DNA of 32,000 nucleotides from Corynebacterium glutamicum ATCC 13032 (GTDB lineage Bacteria > Actinomycetota > Actinomycetes > Mycobacteriales > Mycobacteriaceae), in the NCBI RefSeq assembly GCF_000011325.1, contig NC_003450.3, positions 1,290,001-1,322,000 on the forward strand, written 5' to 3'. The position numbers were made by a program, and so were the translations under genes. Numbering within the stretch: the first letter of the stretch is position 1; the number at the start of each line of letters is the position of its first letter. The notes beneath the pieces were generated by a model. The model searched no databases and was not told the DNA's origin. It saw nothing but the letters and a program-made list of their open reading frames with translations. Shown in pieces: positions 8,654 through 15,924 of the stretch.

Positions 8654-8996
8654 TGTTCAAACATTAATGGTTTATGCTGATTGATTCTCCGCAAGGCGAG
8701 ACAAAAGTAACTCTAGTTTCGGCTTGCGTTCCAATACCGTCCTATTTGACCAGAAATCAGTTCCGCGAAGATTTCTGGTCATATGGTCTGGTTTTGACCC
8801 CAACTAACCGTCCCAGGTGACCAATGCGCGCTGAGGTGGAGAGTTTTCGGTCACCTGGTTTGGTCCGTGGCGGGACAATAGAAAAACTACCCCAGTGCCT
8901 ACAAAAAGTGGCCTCTCAGAATCGTCTCTGAGCGCTTAAAACTACCACTGTCATGCCTTTACTCATTTAAGTTTTTCGACCTCTTAAACAGGCGAA

Positions 8997-10145
8997 TTAA
9001 GCTCCCCATGCGCTTCGTCGATGTTTGAGAACCCTGGCCAGATCTCGATTCATCCGTGTATCAAAATTTCCCGAAGCAAGAATTGTCTCTGCGGCATTTT
9101 CTGTTGCCAACAGTGCAGCGTTCGCAACCGACATGGCTGTTTTTTCTGGTAGTCCGATGGATGTACAGAATTTTAGGAATTTCTTTTGGCTGAGATCCTT
9201 TTTGGATCCCTGGATTTCTAATGCCATCGTGGTGTCGCCATATACTGCGGTGGCAGGGATGTCATAGATGGGGCTGATCTCAAATCCGCGGCCTTTGTTG
9301 ATAATGGAGATGTTCTTGGCATGAAGATCACCATTGCCGCTGAGCCACGCGACTGCGATTTGGAAGGCGAGATTGCGCATCGCCAAGATGGGGGAGGCGC
9401 ACACTTTAGTGAGGGCTTGTGCGATGTCCTCGTAGCTCACTAAGTATTTATCTGCAGGCCAGATTCCCAAGACCTGTCCTGCATCCTCGACGGGGATTTT
9501 GCCTTTGGGTGTGCGGTCAAAGCGGTGAACTAAGAGTCCGGACCTGCCGTGTTTGTCATGGAGAACTTCTACTTTGGACAGTTCAATGCGAAGCTTATTT
9601 TTGGTCAGCAACTGGTAACAAGCTGCTTCGTTTTCCACCAAGTAAGGGTATTCAGGCGGGGAGAGTTTCAAGATGGCATCGCTTGCAACGGGGACCGCGA
9701 TGGTGCGTGCAGAGGCTTTGTCTTGGACACCGGCCAGTGCAACGGGATCCGCAATCCCGGACTCGGTTAGTGCAGCCGAGAAATCAAGTTCATCGTCAAA
9801 ATCAACTGTGGGTGGTGCAGGTTGTGGATTTTCACCATGGGGGAAGATAGCGACTGCACCAACAGGATCAGCTCCCACTGCTAGAAGGAGTGAAAGTTCA
9901 TCATCGGCAGAGGCTTTAATGTTTCTCCGAAGTGAACTTAAGCGACGACCTTCGGGGAGTAATCCCGCGAAAAATGGTGGGATCGCTCCAGAGCGCGTAA
10001 TCACGGGTTCAGAATTGATGGGCAGGGACGTGGCAATCGGTGGACCTGCGTAATCAGCTGTGTAGGAGAATGTGGTCTGGTCGCCGTCGCGTGTGAAATG
10101 AGCAGCCAAAGTATCTTTAAACCAGATATCGGCAGTGGGGGTCAT
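8997..10145 (-). CDS. hipA: HipA-family serine/threonine kinase toxin (type II toxin-antitoxin)
   Basis: LAGVQDK is the HipA P-loop-like motif. GNGDLHAKNISII is the catalytic D-x-H-x-K-N loop. ISPIYDI matches the aPxYD motif. There is a 4-bp ATGA overlap with the upstream HTH gene. Confidence 0.85.
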   Translation of the reverse strand: MTPTADIWFKDTLAAHFTRDGDQTTFSYTADYAGPPIATSLPINSEPVITRSGAIPPFFAGLLPEGRRLSSLRRNIKASADDELSLLLAVGADPVGAVAIFPHGENPQPAPPTVDFDDELDFSAALTESGIADPVALAGVQDKASARTIAVPVASDAILKLSPPEYPYLVENEAACYQLLTKNKLRIELSKVEVLHDKHGRSGLLVHRFDRTPKGKIPVEDAGQVLGIWPADKYLVSYEDIAQALTKVCASPILAMRNLAFQIAVAWLSGNGDLHAKNISIINKGRGFEISPIYDIPATAVYGDTTMALEIQGSKKDLSQKKFLKFCTSIGLPEKTAMSVANAALLATENAAETILASGNFDTRMNRDLARVLKHRRSAWGA

Positions 10146-10369
10146 TGATTAACCTTGAGGGGATCGTGAATTCCAACAGAAAGCTCGAGTCCAAGGACGC
10201 GGAGTACATCGATGACTTTGTCCAGGCGGACGGTAGTTTTTCCCTTTTCGACATCGCGGATGAATCGTTCAGAAACTCCAGCTAAGTCTGCGAGCTCTCC
10301 TTGTCTAAGGCCTAGCTCTTTGCGTCCGTTGAGCAGCGCCATTCCGATTTCTTCTGCGTTCATGTGCAT
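10142..10369 (-). CDS. hipB: XRE-family helix-turn-helix antitoxin (HipB-like)
   Basis: The HTH_3 core is LGLRQGELADLAGVSERFIRDVEKGK. It is translationally coupled to hipA. ATG at 10363 has better AAAGGA spacing than the ATG at 10369. Confidence 0.85.
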   Translation of the reverse strand: MHMNAEEIGMALLNGRKELGLRQGELADLAGVSERFIRDVEKGKTTVRLDKVIDVLRVLGLELSVGIHDPLKVNQ

Positions 10370-10386
10370 CCTTTGGATCCAACTTT

Positions 10387-10522
10387 CGGCATGATCGTGC
10401 CGTTCTTTGCAGTATACATCCGTTTCGGAGCCTAAACAAGGAAAACCGGCAAGATCGTGCCGAGTTTCCGGTTTGGATGGGGTTTGGGATGTTAATGGGA
10501 GAGGATCGGCGTGATCGTGCCG
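10387..10522. promoter_or_regulatory. Three 16-bp near-palindromic boxes CGGC(A/G)NGATCGTGCCG at an exact 60-bp period (candidate HipB operators)
   Basis: The boxes are cggcatgatcgtgccg (10387-10402), cggcaagatcgtgccg (10447-10462) and cggcgtgatcgtgccg (10507-10522). The arms CGGCA/TGCCG surround a central GATC. Sequence outside the boxes is not conserved between the three 60-bp units. Confidence 0.6.
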
Positions 10523-10551
10523 GTTTTTCTTGCGTTGGTAGTCTTGGGGCT

Positions 10552-11058
10552 ATGAGCGCATTCCACATCCGAGCGGAACAATCGCGCGATATCAGCGCGA
10601 TTCATGATGTTACTGAAGCGGCCTTTACAGGAATTGAGCATTCAGATGGAACAGAGCAAGATCTCGTCGATAAGCTTCGTGCTGCAAAGGCGCTGAGCCT
10701 TTCGCTCGTCGCTGAGGCGGATGGCGAGGTCATTGGGCATATCGCAGCCTCTGAGGTACTGATCGGCGGTGGGGTGCAGGGCTGGTTTGGCATTGGGCCT
10801 GTCAGTGTTCGGCCCGATAAGCAGCAGCAAGGCGTGGGTATTGCGCTGATGGGCAGCGCGCTTGATCAGTTGCGTGCGGAGGGTGCTGGCGGCATCGTGT
10901 TGCTGGGGGATCCGGGCTATTATCGACGCTTCGGTTTTGAGGTCGTGCCCGGGCTGGTCTATCCGGACGCGCCAGCGGAATTTTTTATGGCTGTGTGTTT
11001 GAATGCTCCGGCGTTTCCGCAGGGTGTTGTGGAGTATCACTCGGCATTTGGAGGGTAG
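10552..11058 (+). CDS. GNAT-family N-acetyltransferase (YhbS/COG3153-like)
   Basis: From ATG 10552 it reads MSAFHIRAEQSRDISAIHDVTEAAF. It continues with QQGVGIALM (acetyl-CoA Q/RxxGxG/A motif), LLGDPGYYRRFGF and VEYHSAF. This layout resembles E. coli YhbS. The track's 10477 start would place an operator box inside the coding sequence. Confidence 0.8.
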   Translation: MSAFHIRAEQSRDISAIHDVTEAAFTGIEHSDGTEQDLVDKLRAAKALSLSLVAEADGEVIGHIAASEVLIGGGVQGWFGIGPVSVRPDKQQQGVGIALMGSALDQLRAEGAGGIVLLGDPGYYRRFGFEVVPGLVYPDAPAEFFMAVCLNAPAFPQGVVEYHSAFGG

Positions 11059-11929
11059 AGACCCCATCGTGGCGGGCCTGGGCTCCCGAGGCGAATTTCC
11101 GCACCCAGGATTCATCCTTGTACTGCGCTGGAACGCCGCCGCCAAGAAGCTCACGGGTAATCGCGGACGCTTCCGTGCTGTTGGAGCTAAAGAACTCGGT
11201 GTCTGAACCCATCAAAATGATGTTGCCGTAACGGCGCCCTTTAAGCATCGGGGGATCGGCGATGACCGCGACGTGCTCGAACACCTCCATCATTCCCGCG
11301 AGCTCAGATTTAGCTCCGCGCAGATCCGAATGATCGCCACAGTTGGCAACGTACAATCCGCCGGGAGCAAGGCCACGGTGACAGTGCTCAAAGAACTCCA
11401 CGGTGGTGAAGTTCTGCGGCGTGATAGCTCCGGCAAAAACGTCACGGATGATCACATCGCGGCTTGCGGGAGTGAAAGATTCTGCCACCATTCGGGCATC
11501 ATCCACACGAATCTTTACCCGTGGCGCGCGCGGAATGTCGAACCATTCACGCGACAGGCGGGCAAGCTCTGCATCCAATTCCACGACAGTGTTGCGTGAC
11601 TGCGGGTAAACATCCGCGAAATACCTGGCCATCGTGCACGCACCGCCGCCGAGGTGAGTAATCCGCAGCTTGGATGCATCCTGATGCGCATCGATGAACG
11701 CCCGAGCGCCGGTAGCGATCCACCGCATGTACTCAAATTCCAGTGCCTGCGGTTGCCCCAGGACAATATGAGAGCTGGGCACGCCATTAATGCTGATCAA
11801 CCAGCCATCGGTGGTGTAGGAATCGGCCTCCAACTCGATGACGGAATATTCACCCTCATAGGTGCCAGCAATGGGCGTGTTGGCAGCTTGGGAGCGGGAT
11901 TGATCGGACGTGTTTTTCTTACGGGCCAC
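10985..11929 (-). CDS. Spermidine-synthase-like class I methyltransferase-fold protein
   Basis: ITHLGGGACTMARYF is the GxGxG motif I. VVELDAEL is the acidic post-I motif. DVIIRDVF and the overall layout fit the spermine/spermidine synthase family. GTG start. The 3' end overlaps the convergent GNAT gene by 74 bp. Confidence 0.75.
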   Translation of the reverse strand: MARKKNTSDQSRSQAANTPIAGTYEGEYSVIELEADSYTTDGWLISINGVPSSHIVLGQPQALEFEYMRWIATGARAFIDAHQDASKLRITHLGGGACTMARYFADVYPQSRNTVVELDAELARLSREWFDIPRAPRVKIRVDDARMVAESFTPASRDVIIRDVFAGAITPQNFTTVEFFEHCHRGLAPGGLYVANCGDHSDLRGAKSELAGMMEVFEHVAVIADPPMLKGRRYGNIILMGSDTEFFSSNSTEASAITRELLGGGVPAQYKDESWVRKFASGAQARHDGVSTLQMPSDTPQHPAETPEHSNTQP

Positions 11930-11971
11930 GAAAAAGCTTTCTTTCTTTAATGCTGTTTTAGTGCTTGTGTC

Positions 11972-13114
11972 TTATGTGATTGGTCGGTGGTGCGGGCTGT
12001 TGAGGAGGTGCTCGCGCATGTACGGCAAAGTGAAATTGAGGAAACCGTACTTGGGAACCTCTACGAGACCTCTGCTGAGAAGTTGCTTTCTCTGCATCGA
12101 CAAGGCGTTGGGCTTGACGCCCATGAGGTGTGCGATATCTCCAGTAGACACCATCTCGCCGTTTTTTGACAGTTGGGCAATCGCGTACAAAATGGTCAGC
12201 TCACCATCAGGGACCTGGTGCAGGCTTGGCTCGTGGACTTGCATGCCCATGCGGCGCACAACCTCGTCGCGGACAGCATCTACTTGTTCGGCCTGGATGG
12301 TATCGGAGTTGTCAAGAGTACTTCGCGCCCATGCCAGAGAACCAGTCAGCTGCATGGAGTAGGGGTAGCCCTTGCTGATCTGCGCCGCGAGTTCGGCGGC
12401 CTCGGAAGTCATGTGGCGTTGGCCTTCCGCAGCGGTATCCAGGAACATCTCCACCGAATCTTCATGGTTGACAGGATTGAGCAGGATTCTTTCGGCTCGG
12501 CGGATAAAGGTTGTGCCCTCATGCTGGAGAAGACGATCGATTCCCTCTGGCAGACCCGCTGCTACCAATGCGATATCGAAATCATCCCGTAGGAGATCCT
12601 GGACCGCAGTGGCCAACACATGCAAAAGATCCACATTGGCGCTTTGGAGTTCATCAAGGGTGATCAAAATTCCGGAGCCGTGCTTTTGCAAACGAGTAGC
12701 CAACTCGCGGAGCCTGGAAATCAGCGTGGGAGTGGGATCCTTCTTGGTTGGATCAGCAATGGCCGTCACCGTAGCGATACCAGGAATGGCCACACCACTG
12801 AGCATTCTTTTGGACTGCGGTCCGTCAAGATTCTGTAGCGCCTCCGGGATGGCGGAATTAACTAAGCCATCCACCATGGAATTATCCGGATAGGCGCGCA
12901 GCGTGATCCACCCTTGAGACGCAGCTGCATCTTCAAATTCATTGAGCAACACAGTTTTACCCATGCCACGAGATCCCGAAATCAGCAATGCTCTAAAGGG
13001 GCTTCCGGGGCCTTCCGCGAGACCAAGTTTGAAAGACTGTAGAAGTGAGTCTCGGCCTGCAAGTACGGTGGGGGAAACTCCGAAAGTGGGGCGGAACGGA
13101 TTGCGAGCTGACAT
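11972..13114 (-). CDS. P-loop NTPase (AAA+/ORC-Cdc6-like or ATPase_2/AAA_16-like) with a C-terminal winged helix-turn-helix
   Basis: The N-terminus NPFRPTFGVSPTVLAGRD is followed by Walker A GSRGMGKT and Walker B ILITLDELQ. The lid-like segment is RRAERILLNPVNHEDSVEMF. The C-terminal wHTH-like segment is LTILYAIAQLSKNGEMVSTGDIAHLMGVKPNALSMQRKQLLSRGLVEV. ATG 13114 has AAGGTG 8 nt upstream; the track start is GTG 13123. Confidence 0.8.
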   Translation of the reverse strand: MSARNPFRPTFGVSPTVLAGRDSLLQSFKLGLAEGPGSPFRALLISGSRGMGKTVLLNEFEDAAASQGWITLRAYPDNSMVDGLVNSAIPEALQNLDGPQSKRMLSGVAIPGIATVTAIADPTKKDPTPTLISRLRELATRLQKHGSGILITLDELQSANVDLLHVLATAVQDLLRDDFDIALVAAGLPEGIDRLLQHEGTTFIRRAERILLNPVNHEDSVEMFLDTAAEGQRHMTSEAAELAAQISKGYPYSMQLTGSLAWARSTLDNSDTIQAEQVDAVRDEVVRRMGMQVHEPSLHQVPDGELTILYAIAQLSKNGEMVSTGDIAHLMGVKPNALSMQRKQLLSRGLVEVPKYGFLNFTLPYMREHLLNSPHHRPIT

Positions 13115-13180
13115 AGAAGACACCTTGGATGGTCTAGTCGGGTTTGCGGAATGCAGTGCTGGCTTGTGTTGGAACTGAAC

Positions 13181-13264
13181 TTTAGATCTTTTAGAAGTCT
13201 AGCGTGAGTTTAGATCTTTTAGAACCCCTGTGAGGGGTTAGATCCTTTAGAACTTTCCCTGTTG
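13181..13264. repeat. Three tandem 28-bp iteron-like repeats, each with the core TTTAGATCTTTTAGAA
   Basis: tttagatcttttagaa occurs at 13181-13196 and 13209-13224 (identical copies). gttagatcctttagaa occurs at 13237-13252 (14/16). The period is exactly 28 bp. Each core holds two direct TTAGA half-sites 9 bp apart. The hairpin aacccc-tgtga-ggggtt (13223-13239) bridges units 2 and 3. Confidence 0.85.
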
Positions 13265-13298
13265 TGGGATAAGCAACGCAATAGTAGAGGCGGAAGCA

Positions 13299-13697
13299 AT
13301 GAGATTTGAAACAGAATATGTCGAGCGGCTTTATGTATTTTCTACAACCCAACAGGCTCAAGAGATTTCCGAAGAACTAGCAGTTGAATTTTTGAAAGAA
13401 AACCCCGATATCTCACACCATGAAATATTGGTCCAACACTCAGCGGAAGACACATTTGAAGTTGAAAAGGTCTGGGTGGAAATGTTCGGAGACAGCACAG
13501 ACATCCAAGACCGCACAATTTCGCTCATTGAATATAGGTTCACTATCAATTCAAATGCGGATGAAGACATGGATGAACTCAGCATGGGTATTTACGCGGT
13601 CATCCGGGCTCTAATAAAAAAGCACTCAAAGGTGGAGTATTTCAGCATGTTTTCGCTTGCATCAGATTTACTTGCGTCAGATTTAGAGGAAGAGTGA
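13299..13697 (+). CDS. Hypothetical, extremely acidic 132-aa protein encoded by an AT-rich gene
   Basis: GTAGAGG lies 8 nt upstream of the ATG. By hand count there are about 30 D/E against about 10 K/R, and the protein ends in DLEEE. The gene is visibly AT-richer than its neighbours. No family was recognised. Confidence 0.6.
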   Translation: MRFETEYVERLYVFSTTQQAQEISEELAVEFLKENPDISHHEILVQHSAEDTFEVEKVWVEMFGDSTDIQDRTISLIEYRFTINSNADEDMDELSMGIYAVIRALIKKHSKVEYFSMFSLASDLLASDLEEE

Positions 13698-13828
13698 ATG
13701 CTCAACCGCGAAAGCTTGAAAATCCTCCCCAAATAAAAGAAATTCGGGATTTCGGGAACATGCGGATACGCTACGTTGTTGAGATTAATTAAGTAAACGT
13801 AGGCAGAAAGCTTTGTAGAGGGGAGATC

Positions 13829-14926
13829 ATGCGGGTTCTTGCAGCAATGAGTGGAGGCGTTGATTCCGCCGTCGCGGCGTCACGCGCGGTCGCAGCTGGT
13901 CATGAAGTGGTTGGCGTGCATTTGGCGTTGTCGCAAGATCCGCAAACGGTGCGTGAGTCTTCGCGCGGTTGCTGCTCTCTGGAAGATTCCGCTGATGCTC
14001 GTCGCGTGTGTGACAAGTTGGGTATCCCGTTTTATGTCTGGGATTTCTCGGATCGTTTCAAGGAAGATGTGATCGACAACTTCATTGATTCTTACGCGAT
14101 CGGTGAGACTCCAAACCCTTGCCTGCGTTGTAATGAGAAAATCAAGTTTGCCGCCTTGCTTGAGCGTGGCATCGCGCTTGGTTTCGATGCAGTGGTTACC
14201 GGCCACTACGCGCGCTTGACCCAGCCTGCTGATGGTGGCGATGGCTACTTGCGTCGCGGAGTTGATCCCAACAAGGATCAGTCTTACGTGCTTGGTGTGC
14301 TTGGCGCTCATGAGATCGAGCACTGCATGTTCCCAGTCGGCGATACCATCAAGCCTGAAATCCGTGAAGAAGCCAGTGCTGCAGGTTTCTCTGTGGCAAA
14401 GAAGCCAGACTCCTACGACATTTGCTTCATTCCGGATGGCAACACCCAGGCGTTCTTGGGCAAGCACATCGGTATGCGTCCGGGCATGATCGTGGATCAG
14501 GAAGGCACGCAGCTCCGTGAGCACGCTGGTGTCCATGAATTCACCATTGGTCAGCGCAAGGGCCTTGACATTAAGGCTCCAGCAGCCGATGGTCGTCCAC
14601 GTTACGTCACCGATATTGATGCCAAGACCGGCACCGTCACCGTTGGTACTCGCGAAAACCTAAAGATCAGCACCATCCACGCCGATCGTTTGAAGTTCCT
14701 CCATCCAGCGATGGACGGACAGATCGATTGCGAAGTCCAGGTCCGCGCACACGGTGGAGTAGTTTCCTGCTCTGCGACGATTGATCGTGACGCTGATTTC
14801 ATGGTGCTCAACCTCAATGAACCTCTTCAGGGTGTTGCTCGCGGCCAGGCAGCAGTGCTGTACCTGCCTGACGCGGATGGTGACATCGTTCTTGGATCAG
14901 GCACCATCTGCCACACGGAGTCTTAA
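13829..14926 (+). CDS. mnmA: tRNA-specific 2-thiouridylase (tRNA U34 2-thiolation)
   Basis: The PP-loop is [15 protein letters not shown]. The catalytic Cys contexts are TPNPCLRCN and DSYDICF. GAGGGGAG lies upstream of the ATG. Confidence 0.95.
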   Translation: MRVLAAMSGGVDSAVAASRAVAAGHEVVGVHLALSQDPQTVRESSRGCCSLEDSADARRVCDKLGIPFYVWDFSDRFKEDVIDNFIDSYAIGETPNPCLRCNEKIKFAALLERGIALGFDAVVTGHYARLTQPADGGDGYLRRGVDPNKDQSYVLGVLGAHEIEHCMFPVGDTIKPEIREEASAAGFSVAKKPDSYDICFIPDGNTQAFLGKHIGMRPGMIVDQEGTQLREHAGVHEFTIGQRKGLDIKAPAADGRPRYVTDIDAKTGTVTVGTRENLKISTIHADRLKFLHPAMDGQIDCEVQVRAHGGVVSCSATIDRDADFMVLNLNEPLQGVARGQAAVLYLPDADGDIVLGSGTICHTES

Positions 14927-14931
14927 GAAAA

Positions 14932-15924
14932 TTGGGCGCTTATGGTTTAGGTGAGCTTCCTGGAAAATCCGCCGCGGAAGCCGCCGACATTATTCAGGGT
15001 GAAACGGGCGATCTTCTCCATATTCCTCAGCTTCCGGCGCGAGGTTTGGGTGCTGATCTGATCGGTCGAACCGTCGGTCTGCTGGACATGATCAACGTTG
15101 ATCGCGGGGCCCGATCTTGGGTGATGAGCACACGCCCCAGCAGATTGACGCACCTGACCGGCGATTTCCTTGACATGGATTTGGATGCGTGCGAGGAAAC
15201 CTGGGGAACGGGCGTCGACAAGCTAAAAATCCAAGTTGCTGGTCCCTGGACTTTAGGTGCGCGCATTGAGTTGGCCAATGGCCATCGCGTTTTGTCTGAT
15301 CGCGGTGCGATGCGTGATCTCACGCAGGCGCTGATCGCCGGCATCGATGCGCATGCACGCAAGGTTGCTGGGCGATTTCGCGCCGAAGTGCAGGTGCAAA
15401 TTGATGAGCCGGAGCTGAAATCGCTTATCGACGGCTCCCTCCCTGGCACTTCCACCTTTGACATTATTCCTGCGGTGAATGTCGCTGATGCCAGTGAACG
15501 TTTGCAGCAGGTCTTTAGCTCGATTGAGGGGCCGACATATCTCAACCTCACCGGCCAGATTCCTACTTGGGATGTGGCTCGGGGTGCGGGCGCCGATACT
15601 GTGCAGATTTCCATGGATCAAGTCCGTGGAAATGAACATTTGGATGGTTTTGGTGAAACCATCACCAGTGGAATTCGTCTTGGTTTGGGCATTACGACAG
15701 GAAAAGATGTCGTAGATGAACTGCTCGAGCGACCGCGGCAAAAGGCCGTTGAGGTAGCACGCTTTTTTGATCGTTTAGGTGTGGGCCGAAACTATCTCGT
15801 GGATGCTGTTGATATTCATCCGGGTGAGGATTTGGTGCAGGGGACCATCACCGAGGCCGCGCAGGCTTATCGCATGGCCCGGGTGATGTCGGAGATGTTG
15901 TCGAAGGATTCAGGCGACCTTTAA
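14932..15924 (+). CDS. Conserved actinobacterial protein of the cobalamin-independent methionine synthase (MetE C-terminal / URO-D-like) fold
   Basis: The ORF is 330 aa and sits directly after mnmA, like M. tuberculosis Rv3015c (from memory). The N-terminus reads GLGELPG...HIPQLPARG. TTG start. Function unknown. Confidence 0.7.
   Translation: MGAYGLGELPGKSAAEAADIIQGETGDLLHIPQLPARGLGADLIGRTVGLLDMINVDRGARSWVMSTRPSRLTHLTGDFLDMDLDACEETWGTGVDKLKIQVAGPWTLGARIELANGHRVLSDRGAMRDLTQALIAGIDAHARKVAGRFRAEVQVQIDEPELKSLIDGSLPGTSTFDIIPAVNVADASERLQQVFSSIEGPTYLNLTGQIPTWDVARGAGADTVQISMDQVRGNEHLDGFGETITSGIRLGLGITTGKDVVDELLERPRQKAVEVARFFDRLGVGRNYLVDAVDIHPGEDLVQGTITEAAQAYRMARVMSEMLSKDSGDL

Noticed and set aside
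10477-10551. N-terminal extensions offered by the ORF track for the GNAT gene (10477). The same issue arises for pfkA (25013), rbsR (26281) and the membrane protein (24895).
   Set aside because: The extensions have odd composition and lack an RBS. For the GNAT and rbsR genes they would place operator palindromes inside the coding sequence. Internal ATGs with Shine-Dalgarno-like sequences give N-termini typical of each family.
13181-13264. Possible mini-CRISPR array (regular 28-bp period)
   Set aside because: There are only three units. The conserved part is 16 bp with 12-bp spacers that are themselves partly similar. There are no cas genes and no leader. The arrangement is better described as iterons or operators.
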